A stretch of 64,000 bases of DNA, from contig JARLGO010000222.1 of the NCBI GenBank assembly GCA_031292655.1, positions 26,042 through 90,041 of the forward strand, given 5' to 3'. The notes below the pieces were generated by a model. The model searched no databases. It saw only the letters and a program-made list of their open reading frames with translations, and was not told the DNA's origin. Below, piece after piece: positions 52,075 through 61,117 of this stretch. The stretch is from Geothrix sp. (GTDB taxonomy: Bacteria > Acidobacteriota > Holophagae > Holophagales > Holophagaceae). The first letter of the stretch is position 1. Each line of letters starts with the position of its first letter. A program made the translations under genes and the position numbers.

Positions 52075-52943
52075 TGCCCGCCCGCCGCGAGGTCTTCCGC
52101 CAGGGTCTTGGTCTCGGCCAGCATCCAGCTCTGATAACTCTTCGCCCTCTTGGGCATGGTCTCGTACACACCGAGCACGCGCAGATTGCTCTGCTGCGCC
52201 AGGGCGCGGAAGGAGTCGGAGAGCGTGTCCTGCACCTGCTGGTTGAAGACATAGACCACGACCTTGCGGGAGACGAGCAGGTCCTGCTGGGTGGAAACGT
52301 CCTGCGGCGCGGGGTCGGTGCCGTTCATCGCCGCTTCCTCCAGGGTGAAGGGGGTGGCGATCTTCATCCCCGCCGCCTGCAGCATGTAATCGGCCACCGG
52401 CTCGCTCACCGCCACTGCGGTACCGGCGTAATGCGCCTTCACCAGGGCCAGCTCGTCGAGCCAGGGTTTCAGCGAGGCGTCGAACACCGCCACCTGCGCC
52501 TGGTAATAGGCGGCATGGGCAGGGTCCTTGGCCGCGAAGGCATCGGCCACGGCCTTGGCCACAACCGGCATGGTGGCTGGATCGTACCAGAGATGCGGGT
52601 TGGGGGTGTCATCCGGCAGGTTGCGCACGCGCTGGGCGCTGATCACCGTGGCATGCGTGCCGCTCAGCAGCTTGTCGGCCCAGCCATCGTAGCCGAGCCC
52701 GTTTTCCACCACCACATCCGCCCCGGCGAGGTCGCCCGCCACCTGCGGGCTGATCTCGAATTCATGCGGATCGGTGTTCGGGTCGGTCATGATGGCGGAA
52801 ACCCGCACATAGGGGCCGCCGATCTGGGACATCACATCGGCATATTCATTCTCGATGCCCACGGCATGCAGCACCGGCTGCGCCTGCGCCGCCCCTGCAC
52901 CCAGAACCAGTGCCGCAGCGCCCGCCAACATCCCCCAACGCAT
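52071..52943 (-). CDS. Zn/Mn ABC transporter substrate-binding protein (ZnuA/TroA-like)
   Basis: Signal peptide; DPHEFE, NGLGYD, NPHLWYDP. Confidence 0.9.
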   Translation of the reverse strand: MRWGMLAGAAALVLGAGAAQAQPVLHAVGIENEYADVMSQIGGPYVRVSAIMTDPNTDPHEFEISPQVAGDLAGADVVVENGLGYDGWADKLLSGTHATVISAQRVRNLPDDTPNPHLWYDPATMPVVAKAVADAFAAKDPAHAAYYQAQVAVFDASLKPWLDELALVKAHYAGTAVAVSEPVADYMLQAAGMKIATPFTLEEAAMNGTDPAPQDVSTQQDLLVSRKVVVYVFNQQVQDTLSDSFRALAQQSNLRVLGVYETMPKRAKSYQSWMLAETKTLAEDLAAGGQ

Positions 52944-52971
52944 GATTGTCGCTCCCCAGCTTCCACTGGGG

Positions 52972-52996
52972 GCGAATGCTATATTATAACATTCGC
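52972..52996. promoter_or_regulatory. Zur box
   Basis: GCGAATGCTATA-T-TATAACATTCGC, near-perfect match to AATGTTATA-N-TATAACATT, ~30 nt upstream of the binding-protein gene. Confidence 0.88.
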
Positions 52997-53022
52997 TCCG
53001 TCCAGCCGGGACGGAGTGCCAT

Positions 53023-53706
53023 TCAGCCGCACAGGCTCCGCAGCGCCGCACGGTCCGCAAGCACGATCCGCCGCGCCGCCACCAGCCGGATCGTGCCGTC
53101 ACGCTCAAGGTGCGACAAGGTGCGCGAGACGGTCTCGATGGTCAGCCCCAGGTAATCGGCGATATCCTGGCGGGTCATCGCCAGTTCCACCTCTTCACTC
53201 CGCGCACCGGCCAGCTCCAGCAGGAACACCGCCAGCTTCTGCGGCGCGCTGCCCCGGCCCAGCAATTGGGCGTGCAGGCGGGTCCGCTCCAGCGACTGCA
53301 TGGCATAGGTATAGAGTTGCATGGCCGTGGTCTCATCGTGCCCGGCCTGGGCTTCCAGCGTGCGGCGCCGATACGGCACCACCATGCAATCGGTCACCGC
53401 CTCGGCGGAGAGCGCATGCTCGGCGCCAAGCTCGAAGCCCAGCATATCGCCCGGCTTGTGGAAGGCGTCGATATGCCGGCGGCCGTCATTCTGGAACTTG
53501 CAGGTCCGCACCATGCCGCTGACAACCTTGTACACGTAAGAGGCTTCGTCGCCCTCGGCATAGATTTCGGCATCCTGGGCGAAGTGCAGCGGCGCCGGGC
53601 TGAACGGCGCCTCGGCCGGACGCCCGGCCAATCCCAAACTCCAGACTCTGGCCACCTTCGGGATGGCAAAGCTGTTATCTCCCCGCAGGGCAACGCTGGC
53701 TGACAT
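53023..53706 (-). CDS. fixK: Crp/Fnr family regulator, FixK type
   Basis: DIADYLGLTIETVSR helix, no N-terminal Fe-S Cys cluster; GAGGAG before 53706. Confidence 0.9.
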   Translation of the reverse strand: MSASVALRGDNSFAIPKVARVWSLGLAGRPAEAPFSPAPLHFAQDAEIYAEGDEASYVYKVVSGMVRTCKFQNDGRRHIDAFHKPGDMLGFELGAEHALSAEAVTDCMVVPYRRRTLEAQAGHDETTAMQLYTYAMQSLERTRLHAQLLGRGSAPQKLAVFLLELAGARSEEVELAMTRQDIADYLGLTIETVSRTLSHLERDGTIRLVAARRIVLADRAALRSLCG

Positions 53707-53781
53707 CCCAAAGCTCCTCATCCTGATTCGACGAGGTGAGGTGTAGCCGCACATGGTTTAGACGCGGTATCCGGTTTGTCC

Positions 53782-53799
53782 CTACGGGATTCTACGTAG
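53782..53799 (-). promoter_or_regulatory. Putative FixJ-binding site upstream of fixK
   Basis: Minus strand CTACGTAGAATCCCGTAG resembles the rhizobial fixK FixJ site (GTAG...TCCC core, from memory). Confidence 0.55.
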
Positions 53800-54184
53800 G
53801 CTTGGCGGCATGGCACCCTGCCAGCACGCTGGTTACCGCTTCTACCAGCCTGTTATCGAGAATCGGCTTCTCCAGCACCCGCCAGACACCCGCCGCCTGC
53901 GCCCTGCCATACAGCGCCGGGCTGGCCGCGCTGGTAAGGAGAATGACCGGCGGCGACAACTCCCGCGCCCGCAGCTGCCGCAGCAATTCGAAAGCATCAA
54001 GTCCCGGCAGGCGGTCTTTCAGAATCAGGCATTTCGCGTGCGGCAGATCGCGGCTGGCAAGGAACGCGTCGCCATTGGCATAGGCTTGCACCTCAAGCCC
54101 TTCCAGCCGCAGGACAAACCGCAGCGCGTCCCGCATGGCCGCGTCGTCGTTCACAACTACAACGAGCGGCCGCGCCTCGGCCAT
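53792..54184 (-). CDS. Single-domain receiver, FixT-like, phospho-Asp apparently replaced
   Basis: VVVVNDD, CLILKDRLPG, ILLTS, LEKP; located between fixJ and fixK. Confidence 0.82.
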   Translation of the reverse strand: MAEARPLVVVVNDDAAMRDALRFVLRLEGLEVQAYANGDAFLASRDLPHAKCLILKDRLPGLDAFELLRQLRARELSPPVILLTSAASPALYGRAQAAGVWRVLEKPILDNRLVEAVTSVLAGCHAAKPT

Positions 54185-54275
54185 TTCCCAAACCCCCGCC
54201 TCGAACACCGGCACCACTTGTCTTCATTCAAAAGAATCAACTGCTGCCGGATAACAGAGATCAGCGCCGTATCAT

Positions 54276-54289
54276 TTGATTCAGCGCAA
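54276..54289. promoter_or_regulatory. FNR/FixK box upstream of the FixT-like gene
   Basis: TTGAT-TCAG-CGCAA. Confidence 0.7.
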
Positions 54290-54312
54290 ACCTACAGCGG
54301 AAACCAAGAGCG

Positions 54313-54936
54313 CTAAACGCCTGGCGTGCGGGAGAGCAGGACCATGCGCACCAGCTCGGGCAGGCTGGCGGCCCCCATCTTGGTCATCAGGTTGGCGCGG
54401 TGGACCTCCACGGTGCGGGCGCTGATGTTGAGGTCGTAGGCGATGGTCTTGTTGGGGCGCCCGGCGAGGAGGCCATCCAGCACCTCGCGCTCGCGCACGG
54501 TGAGGGCATTCAGCCGGGCCTCCACGGCATTGGTTTCGTCGCTGTGGCGGGCATCGCGCGCATAACGGTCGAACGCCGTGCGGATGGCGCTAATCATTGT
54601 CTCGTCCTGGAACGGTTTCTCGATAAAATCCACCGCCCCGGCCTTCATCGCCTCCACCGCCAGCTTCACGTCGCCATGGCCTGTCATCACGATCACCGGC
54701 AGGCCGATGCGGCGGCTGATTAGCTCGCGCTGCAAATCCAGCCCCGAGAGGCCGGGCATGCGCACATCGGTAACCACGCAGCCGGGCTGCACGGCGACCA
54801 GCGCATCGAGGAAGGCGGTGGCGGAGGCATAGGTGCGGATGGCAAACCCCGCGCTGGTGAGCAGGAAGGCCAAAGATTGCCGCACGGCCTCGTCATCGTC
54901 GATGAGATGCACCACGGGGTCAGGCTGCATCGTCAT
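54313..54936 (-). CDS. fixJ: Response regulator FixJ
   Basis: IDDD, TDVRMPG, TGHGDV, DFIEKP, Lux[13 protein letters not shown]. Confidence 0.95.
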   Translation of the reverse strand: MTMQPDPVVHLIDDDEAVRQSLAFLLTSAGFAIRTYASATAFLDALVAVQPGCVVTDVRMPGLSGLDLQRELISRRIGLPVIVMTGHGDVKLAVEAMKAGAVDFIEKPFQDETMISAIRTAFDRYARDARHSDETNAVEARLNALTVREREVLDGLLAGRPNKTIAYDLNISARTVEVHRANLMTKMGAASLPELVRMVLLSRTPGV

Positions 54937-56116
54937 CCATCCCGGGCCGCCCACGGCCGAACAAGGTGAAGGAGAATACCGTGCCACCGCCCGGATTGGG
55001 CTCAGCCCAGAGCCGCCCGCCATGGGATTCGATGATGGTGCGGGAGACAGAGAGCCCCACCCCCATGCCGTAGCTCTTGGTGGTGACGAAAGGCTGGAAC
55101 AGCTGCGCCAGCACCTCCGGCGCGATGCCCGGGCCGGTATCGGCCACCGAAACGCAGACCATGCCCTCGGAGGCCGGCATGGTGGTCACCAGCATGTCGC
55201 GCTGCTCGGTATCCTGCATCGCCTCCATGGCGTTGCGGATGAGGTTGAGCAGCACCTGCTGCACCTGCACCTTGTCGGCGATGACGGAACCGCAATCGGG
55301 GTCGAACGCGAAGCTGACCCGCACCCCGCTCTCGCGCGCGCCGACCAGCGCAAGGGCGCTCGCCTCCTCGACCAGCTTGGGCAGGTTCTCCATGCGCCGC
55401 TCGGTCTCGCCACGGGAGACGAATTCGCGCAGGCGACGGATGATCTGCCCCGCCCGCAGCGCCTGCTCGGCGGCGCGCTCGATGCCATCGCCCAGCATCG
55501 CGAGATCCGCCGCCTCGCCCCGCGCCAGCAGGCGGCGGCAGCCGTTGAGGTAGGTCGCCACGGCGGTCAGCGGCTGGTTCAGCTCGTGGGCCAGGGTGGA
55601 GGCCATCTCGCCCATGGCGGTAAAGCGCGACATATGCGCCAGCTCCGCCTGCAACTCGTGCAGCCGCGCCTGGGTCTCCTGCCGCTCGGTCAGGTCGCGC
55701 ACAAAGCCGGTGAAGGCGCGGCCGTCGCGTGTCGCCGTCTCGCCGATATACAGCTCCATGGGGAAGGTCGAGCCATCCTTGCGCAGCCCCATCACCACGC
55801 GGCTGGCGCCGATGATGCGCTTCTGCCCGGTCGTCAGATAGCGTTCGAGATAGGAATCATGCTGCTCGGCATAGGGCGAGGGCATCAGCAGGCTGACATT
55901 GCGCCCGGCCACTTCCTCGGCCTTGTAGCCGAAGAGCCGTTCCGCCGCGCTGCTGAACGAGGAGATGATTCCGGCCGCGTCGATCACGATCATCGCGTCC
56001 GGGACTGTGGCGAGAATGGAGCGCAGATGCGCCTCACGCTCGCGCAGGGCGGCCAACGCCAAGCTGGCCATATCCCCAGGCCCGTCCTGATCAGCGGACT
56101 GTCCTGCGTTGCTCAC
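54920..56116 (-). CDS. fixL: Heme-PAS oxygen sensor kinase FixL (compact, single PAS, no TM)
   Basis: LMP...HDSY (heme His), IIGASR (distal Arg), FVRDLTE, AHELNQP, DTGPG, GMGVGL. Confidence 0.93.
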   Translation of the reverse strand: MSNAGQSADQDGPGDMASLALAALREREAHLRSILATVPDAMIVIDAAGIISSFSSAAERLFGYKAEEVAGRNVSLLMPSPYAEQHDSYLERYLTTGQKRIIGASRVVMGLRKDGSTFPMELYIGETATRDGRAFTGFVRDLTERQETQARLHELQAELAHMSRFTAMGEMASTLAHELNQPLTAVATYLNGCRRLLARGEAADLAMLGDGIERAAEQALRAGQIIRRLREFVSRGETERRMENLPKLVEEASALALVGARESGVRVSFAFDPDCGSVIADKVQVQQVLLNLIRNAMEAMQDTEQRDMLVTTMPASEGMVCVSVADTGPGIAPEVLAQLFQPFVTTKSYGMGVGLSVSRTIIESHGGRLWAEPNPGGGTVFSFTLFGRGRPGMDDDAA

Positions 56117-56217
56117 TTTTTTTCACCCATGCGGCGTGTTGTTACCCCAGCCCTTCCACCTTAGCGCGTCCGGACTAAAACACAACAAAATGATAGCGTT
56201 AAGCCACGCCTCCGGGT

Positions 56218-57183
56218 TTAGGTGGCAACCTCTTCGTAGGCGGCGTCATGGAAGCTGATCAGCCCCTCGCCCGGCGAGACCAGCGTGCCACACCGCCCAG
56301 CCAGGATGCCCGCCAGATCCTCGGGCTTGCCGATGGCGGCGGGCTTGCCCGTCGCCCGCACGAAGGAGATGGCCGCCTGCGCCTTGGGCCGCAGCGTCCA
56401 CTCGGGGAAGTTGGCGAGATGCGCGGCCAGATCCCGTGGCCCGGAGGCGGCGATCAGCCGCTGCTCCTCGCCGCCGAAATCCAGGTGCAGCCCGCCAAGG
56501 TCGGAGAGCATGAGGAAGAAATCCGCCTCGACACGCTCGGCCAGCAGCGCGCCCGCGGCATCCTTATCGACAATGGCCTCGATGCCATACAGCTTGCCGT
56601 CGATATCCCGGCGCACCGGCACGCCGCCGCCACCACCGCAGATGACGGTAACGCCCGTATTGGCCAAGCGGCGTATGGCATCGACCTCGATGATATCCAC
56701 CGGCTTTGGCGCGGGCACCAAGCGGCACCAGCCATTCCCTGCCTGGCCGGTTTTCCAGCCCAGTTCCGCCGAGAGACGGTCCGCCGTTTGTTTGTCGAAC
56801 ACCGGCCCGACCGGCGCACCGGCGGCATGGAAGGCCGGGTCATGCAAATCCACCAATGTCTGGGTGACCATGCTGACAACCAGCGCCCCGCCCGGCAAGG
56901 CATTGCGAATGGCCAGCTCAAGCTCATAGCCAAGCCAGCCTGTGGCCTGGGCATGCAGCACATCCAACGGCATCAGCGCATCGCGCGGGCTGTTGAGCGT
57001 TTGCAGGGCCAGCAAACCGAGTTGGGAGGCATCGCCGAACGTGATGATCAGATGATTACCCGCCAACGCCGCACCGGCCAGATGCTGTGCGACTTCGGTG
57101 ATACGTTCATGCAGTGCGGCACGGGAGAGATGCTGATTGCGCCGCAACAGGGCCGTGCTGCCCAGGGAAACTAAAATTCTCAT
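56218..57183 (-). CDS. Carbamate kinase homologue with degenerate catalytic motifs
   Basis: ArcC-like along its length (GLLALQ, PLDVL, DPAF, GGGGVP, EAIVDKD) but GGN->GST, HGNGPQ->FGDASQ, GSMGPK->WTLRPK. Confidence 0.85.
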   Translation of the reverse strand: MRILVSLGSTALLRRNQHLSRAALHERITEVAQHLAGAALAGNHLIITFGDASQLGLLALQTLNSPRDALMPLDVLHAQATGWLGYELELAIRNALPGGALVVSMVTQTLVDLHDPAFHAAGAPVGPVFDKQTADRLSAELGWKTGQAGNGWCRLVPAPKPVDIIEVDAIRRLANTGVTVICGGGGGVPVRRDIDGKLYGIEAIVDKDAAGALLAERVEADFFLMLSDLGGLHLDFGGEEQRLIAASGPRDLAAHLANFPEWTLRPKAQAAISFVRATGKPAAIGKPEDLAGILAGRCGTLVSPGEGLISFHDAAYEEVAT

Positions 57184-57217
57184 GGAGTTACCGTAATCTT
57201 ATTGTCTCTATTTATCA

Positions 57218-57231
57218 TTGATTGCGGTCAA
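57218..57231. promoter_or_regulatory. FNR/FixK box (proximal)
   Basis: TTGAT-TGCG-GTCAA, 35 nt from the arcC-like start. Confidence 0.72.
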
Positions 57232-57272
57232 AAATATTACATCACGAAAATATTATCCCTAAAATGAAACCC

Positions 57273-57286
57273 TTCATTAAGATCAA
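57273..57286. promoter_or_regulatory. FNR/FixK box (distal)
   Basis: TTCAT-TAAG-ATCAA, one mismatch to TTGAT-N4-ATCAA. Confidence 0.6.
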
Positions 57287-57304
57287 AACAACCTTGGCAG
57301 GTAT

Positions 57305-58009
57305 TCAGGGCTGCAGATAAGCCAGGAAGCGCCGCTCCGCCCGGCGGAACAGGAAGATCAACCCGAAGGACACGCACAGATAGATCAGCGCCGCGAGACC
57401 GAAGCAGTCGAACGGGTCATAAGTGGCGGAATAGGCGTCGTTGGTTACCTTCAGGATGTCCGGCACGGTGGCGGTAAAAGCCAGCGTGGTGGCGTGCAGC
57501 ATGAGAATCACCTCGTTGCTGTAGACCGGCAAAGCGCGGCGCAAAGCGGAGGGGATGATGATGCGCCGGTACAGCGTGTAGCGGGACATACCCATGGCCA
57601 GCCCGGCATCCACCTCGCCATGCGCGGTTTCCTTGATCGCGCCCGCGAAGATCTCGGTGGTGTAGGCGCCGGTGTTCAGCGCGAAGGAGAGAATGGTGCA
57701 GTTGAGGCCCTGGCGGAAGAACTCGTTGAAGGGCGGGGTGTTGTGGATAAAGCTCAACCCGTAAATGCCGGTATAGATGAGCAGCAGCTGCACGTAGAGC
57801 GGCGTGCCACGGAACAGGAAGGTGTACAGCCAGACCGGGAACCACAGCAGCGGGTTGCGGGCGTTGCGCAGCACGGCCAGCGGCAGCGCGAGGCAGAAGC
57901 CAACGCCGCAGGAAATCACCAGCAGCCACAGCGTCATGGCGAGCCCGGTCATCCGGTAGCCATCGGAATAGAGCAGCGCCTGCCAATAGGTTTGGAAAAT
58001 ACCGATCAT
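57305..58009 (-). CDS. hisM: Basic amino acid ABC permease (HisM-like)
   Basis: FRGTPLYVQL, AYTTEIFAGAI, RRALPVYSNEVILMLHAT. Confidence 0.88.
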   Translation of the reverse strand: MIGIFQTYWQALLYSDGYRMTGLAMTLWLLVISCGVGFCLALPLAVLRNARNPLLWFPVWLYTFLFRGTPLYVQLLLIYTGIYGLSFIHNTPPFNEFFRQGLNCTILSFALNTGAYTTEIFAGAIKETAHGEVDAGLAMGMSRYTLYRRIIIPSALRRALPVYSNEVILMLHATTLAFTATVPDILKVTNDAYSATYDPFDCFGLAALIYLCVSFGLIFLFRRAERRFLAYLQP

Positions 58010-58716
58010 AGCGCCGCCTTGCGCACGCCGACCGCGTATTTGCGCTCCAGAAGCATCAGCACGCCGTTGGAAATGATGGTGAGCACCAGATAAACAAGCC
58101 CGGCGACGGAGATGAAGAAGAAGGTGCGGAAGGTCGCCTCGCCCGCCGCCTGCGCTGCCTTCACCACGTCCGACAGGCCGATCAGCGAGACCAGCGCGGT
58201 GGCCTTCAGGATCACCTGCCAGTTATTGCCGATGCCGGGCAGGGCGTAGCGCATCATCTGCGGAAACAGGATGCGGCGGAACACCAGCATCGGGCGCATC
58301 CCGTAGGCGCGCGCGGCCTCCAACTGCCCCTTGGGCACGGCGAGGAAGGCGCCACGGAAAGTCTCGGTGAAATAGGCGCCGTAGATGAAGCCCAGCGTGA
58401 TCACGCCGCTGGTGAAGGGATCGAGCGGAAACTCGAAATCGATGCTGTTTTGCAGCGAATCCAGCCAGTCCGAGAAAACGTTCAACCAGATCTGCAACGA
58501 GTAGAAGATCAGCAGCATCAGCACGAGGTCCGGCACGCCACGGATGATGGTGGTGTACACCGTGCCAACACCGCGCAGCACCCGGCTCCTGGCCAGCTTG
58601 GCCGAAGCGCCGAGCAGCCCGATGACGAAGGACACAACCAAGGACAGCACCGACAACTCGATGGTCGTGACCGTGCCGTTGAAAATCTGCTGCCCGTACC
58701 CGGCCAGATCGAACAT
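58006..58716 (-). CDS. hisQ: Basic amino acid ABC permease (HisQ-like)
   Basis: YTTIIRGVPDLV, AYFTETFRGA, ALPGIGNNW, KATALVS. Confidence 0.88.
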   Translation of the reverse strand: MFDLAGYGQQIFNGTVTTIELSVLSLVVSFVIGLLGASAKLARSRVLRGVGTVYTTIIRGVPDLVLMLLIFYSLQIWLNVFSDWLDSLQNSIDFEFPLDPFTSGVITLGFIYGAYFTETFRGAFLAVPKGQLEAARAYGMRPMLVFRRILFPQMMRYALPGIGNNWQVILKATALVSLIGLSDVVKAAQAAGEATFRTFFFISVAGLVYLVLTIISNGVLMLLERKYAVGVRKAAL

Positions 58717-58737
58717 TCTGTTTTCCAAAGCGAAGAA

Positions 58738-58762
58738 GGCTCCGGCGTTTGCCGCCGGAGCC
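58738..58762 (-). terminator. Intercistronic hairpin after the binding-protein gene (mRNA stabiliser or attenuator)
   Basis: GGCTCCGGCG/CGCCGGAGCC 10-bp stem. Confidence 0.6.
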
Positions 58763-58773
58763 CGGTAGAGAGA

Positions 58774-59586
58774 TTACTTCGCGGCCGGCGTGGCGCTGTA
58801 AACGTCGAAGTTGAAGTACTGAGCTTCGATCTTCTTGTAGGTGCCGTTCTTGATGATCTCGGCGATCGCGCCATCGATCTTCTTCAGCAGCTCCGGCTCG
58901 TCCTTGCGCACGCCGATGGCGATGTAGGAGCCAAGCACGTCCTTCGGGTCGTAGGTGGCATTGCCGCCGAACGCGTAATCGGCGCCCTTCGGGGTCTTCA
59001 GGAAGCCGTAAGACGCCTCAACCGAATCCTGCAACGAGGCATCCAGGCGGCCGGAGAGCAGGTCGGCATAAACCTGGTCCTGGCCCGGATAGGAGACGAC
59101 GTTCACGCCCTGCGGCTGCCAGTAGGTTTTGGCATAGGTCTCCTGGATGGTCCCGGCTTCCACGCCAACGGTCTTGCCCTTCAGGCTGTCGGCGGTCGGC
59201 TGCAGCCCGGCGCCCTTCTTCTCGATCAGGCTGGTCGGCTCGTTATACATCTCGGAGGAGAAATCAATCTGCTTGGCGCGCTCGGGCGTCACCGTCATCG
59301 AGGACAGGATGGCGTCGAACTTGCGGGCCTGCAAAGCGGGGATGATGCCGTCGAAGCCCTGGCTGACGAACACGCATTTCACCTTCAGCTCGGCGCAGAT
59401 GGCCTTGCCGAGATCGATGTCGAAGCCCTGGAAATCGCCGGAGGGGGAGAGGCTCTCGAAGGGCGGGTAGGTCGCGTCCACACCGAACTTGATCTCGGTG
59501 AAAGCCTTGGCATGCGCGGCAACCGGTGCAGCAACCACACCCAACGCGCAAAGCGCGGCAAAAGCCGGCGCGAAAATCTGCTTCAT
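58774..59586 (-). CDS. Lys/Arg/Orn/His-binding periplasmic protein (ArgT/HisJ-like)
   Basis: Signal peptide; YPPFE, GFDID, FDGIIPAL, KFDAILSSM, GVEAGTIQE. Confidence 0.9.
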   Translation of the reverse strand: MKQIFAPAFAALCALGVVAAPVAAHAKAFTEIKFGVDATYPPFESLSPSGDFQGFDIDLGKAICAELKVKCVFVSQGFDGIIPALQARKFDAILSSMTVTPERAKQIDFSSEMYNEPTSLIEKKGAGLQPTADSLKGKTVGVEAGTIQETYAKTYWQPQGVNVVSYPGQDQVYADLLSGRLDASLQDSVEASYGFLKTPKGADYAFGGNATYDPKDVLGSYIAIGVRKDEPELLKKIDGAIAEIIKNGTYKKIEAQYFNFDVYSATPAAK

Positions 59587-59702
59587 CGAATTCTCCCGTG
59601 TTGAAAGATTCACCAATGCACCCGCCTCAGCGAAGTAACAATATTTATCATTACCGGATTCACACGCCCTCGCAAAGGCGGGGTCCGCGCGGCGCGGGCA
59701 AC

Positions 59703-59732
59703 AAAAAAGCCAGGGACCGAGGCCCCTGGCTT
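59703..59732 (-). terminator. Intrinsic terminator of the atp F0 operon
   Basis: GCCAGGG/CCCTGGC stem with T6 on the minus strand. Confidence 0.8.
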
Positions 59733-59754
59733 GATATTTTGGCTGTTGCGAAGC

Positions 59755-60270
59755 TTAGGCCCGCAGCGCCCCCGGCACGCCGGCAATGGCGTGGTCGATG
59801 AGCGTGGCATCGGCCTGCGCACCCAGGCCGTCGCGCAGCAGCGCGGCGGAGGCCGTGGTGGCAATGTCGATGGCGGCGGCGCGAACCTCGTTCACGGCGG
59901 CGGCTTCCGCCGCGGCGATCCGCTCAACCGCCATGCGCTCGCGACGCTTGGCGGTGGCTTCGGCCTCGGCAGCCAGGGCAGCGGCCAGACTGACAGCTTC
60001 CTGATGCGCGGTTTCCAGGATCTTCTTCGCGTCTTCCATCGCCTGAGCCTGGCGCGCCTTGGCGTCGGCGAGGAGAACCTCGGCCTCGGCCTTCAGCTGC
60101 GCCGCCTCGGCCAGCGCATCGCTCACGCTTTTGGCGCGGGCGTCGAGCAGGTTGGCGATGGCCGCCAAAATCTTGCGCCCCGCGAGGAGCGCAAAGATGG
60201 CGACAGCCACAAAGACCCAGAACGACCCGTGGGTGTAAAAGGCGCCACCGGAGAGAGCTTGGTATTCCAT
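59755..60270 (-). CDS. atpF: ATP synthase F0 subunit b
   Basis: FWV N-terminal TM, LDAR, Ala-rich coiled coil. Confidence 0.92.
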   Translation of the reverse strand: MEYQALSGGAFYTHGSFWVFVAVAIFALLAGRKILAAIANLLDARAKSVSDALAEAAQLKAEAEVLLADAKARQAQAMEDAKKILETAHQEAVSLAAALAAEAEATAKRRERMAVERIAAAEAAAVNEVRAAAIDIATTASAALLRDGLGAQADATLIDHAIAGVPGALRA

Positions 60271-60273
60271 GGC

Positions 60274-60843
60274 TTATGCCGCCTTGCGCGCTGCCAGCGC
60301 TTCGTCGAGGCGCTGGGCAAGCTTATCTTCCGCGGGCTGGCTGCCCGTGAGTTTCAACAGGATGGAGCTGGCTGCCTCCGCGGCCACGGGCTTGATGGCG
60401 GCCAGGGCCGCGGCGCGGGCGGCTTCGATCCGCGCCTCGGACTCGGCGAGCTTCGCCTCCAGCTGGCCAGCCAGGGCAGCGGCTTTCGCCGCCGCATCGG
60501 CCTTGGCCTCGGCCACGGCTTTCGCCACCTCGGCCTGAGCAGCGCCACGGGCCTGGGCAATGGTCGCATTGAGTTGCGCCACCGCCTGGTCCGCCGCGAG
60601 CTTGGCCGCGCGCGCGGTGGCGAGATCCTTGGAGATCACGCCGGCGCGGTGTTCCAGAACCTTGCCGATTTCCGGCAGGCCCCAGCGCGAAAGCAGCAGA
60701 TACAGCACCACGAGGATGACCGCCATCCAGCCCACCTGATCCAGCGTGAGCGGGTTGGCGAAATCCATCTGCGGCATGGTGCCCTCGGCCAGTGCGGCCG
60801 AAGGCGCCAGCGCCAGCAGGAGAGCGGTGCTAATGCGGCGCAT
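60274..60843 (-). CDS. ATP synthase F0 subunit b'
   Basis: MPQMDF...Q..W, coiled coil; between atpE and atpF. Confidence 0.9.
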   Translation of the reverse strand: MRRISTALLLALAPSAALAEGTMPQMDFANPLTLDQVGWMAVILVVLYLLLSRWGLPEIGKVLEHRAGVISKDLATARAAKLAADQAVAQLNATIAQARGAAQAEVAKAVAEAKADAAAKAAALAGQLEAKLAESEARIEAARAAALAAIKPVAAEAASSILLKLTGSQPAEDKLAQRLDEALAARKAA

Positions 60844-61079
60844 TAGGTGAACAGAATGACCAGCGCGATGACCAGGGCGTACAGCGCGACGGCTTCCGTC
60901 AGCGCGAAGCCCAGCAGCACGTCCTTGAACATGGTGTCGCGCGCCGCCGGGTTGCGGCCAACGGAGGACACGAACGCGCCGAACAGGTTACCGATACCAA
61001 CGCCGGCACCGGCGACACCGATGGTGGCGAGACCCGCACCAACGTCCTTGGCAAGCAGAGCGGCAGACTGAGGATCCAT
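60843..61079 (-). CDS. atpE: ATP synthase F0 subunit c
   Basis: GAGVGIG, RNP, ALTEA. Confidence 0.97.
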   Translation of the reverse strand: MDPQSAALLAKDVGAGLATIGVAGAGVGIGNLFGAFVSSVGRNPAARDTMFKDVLLGFALTEAVALYALVIALVILFT

Positions 61080-61117
61080 GTAACTATTCCTTTCCGAGAA
61101 ACTTTATTGGCGAAGTC

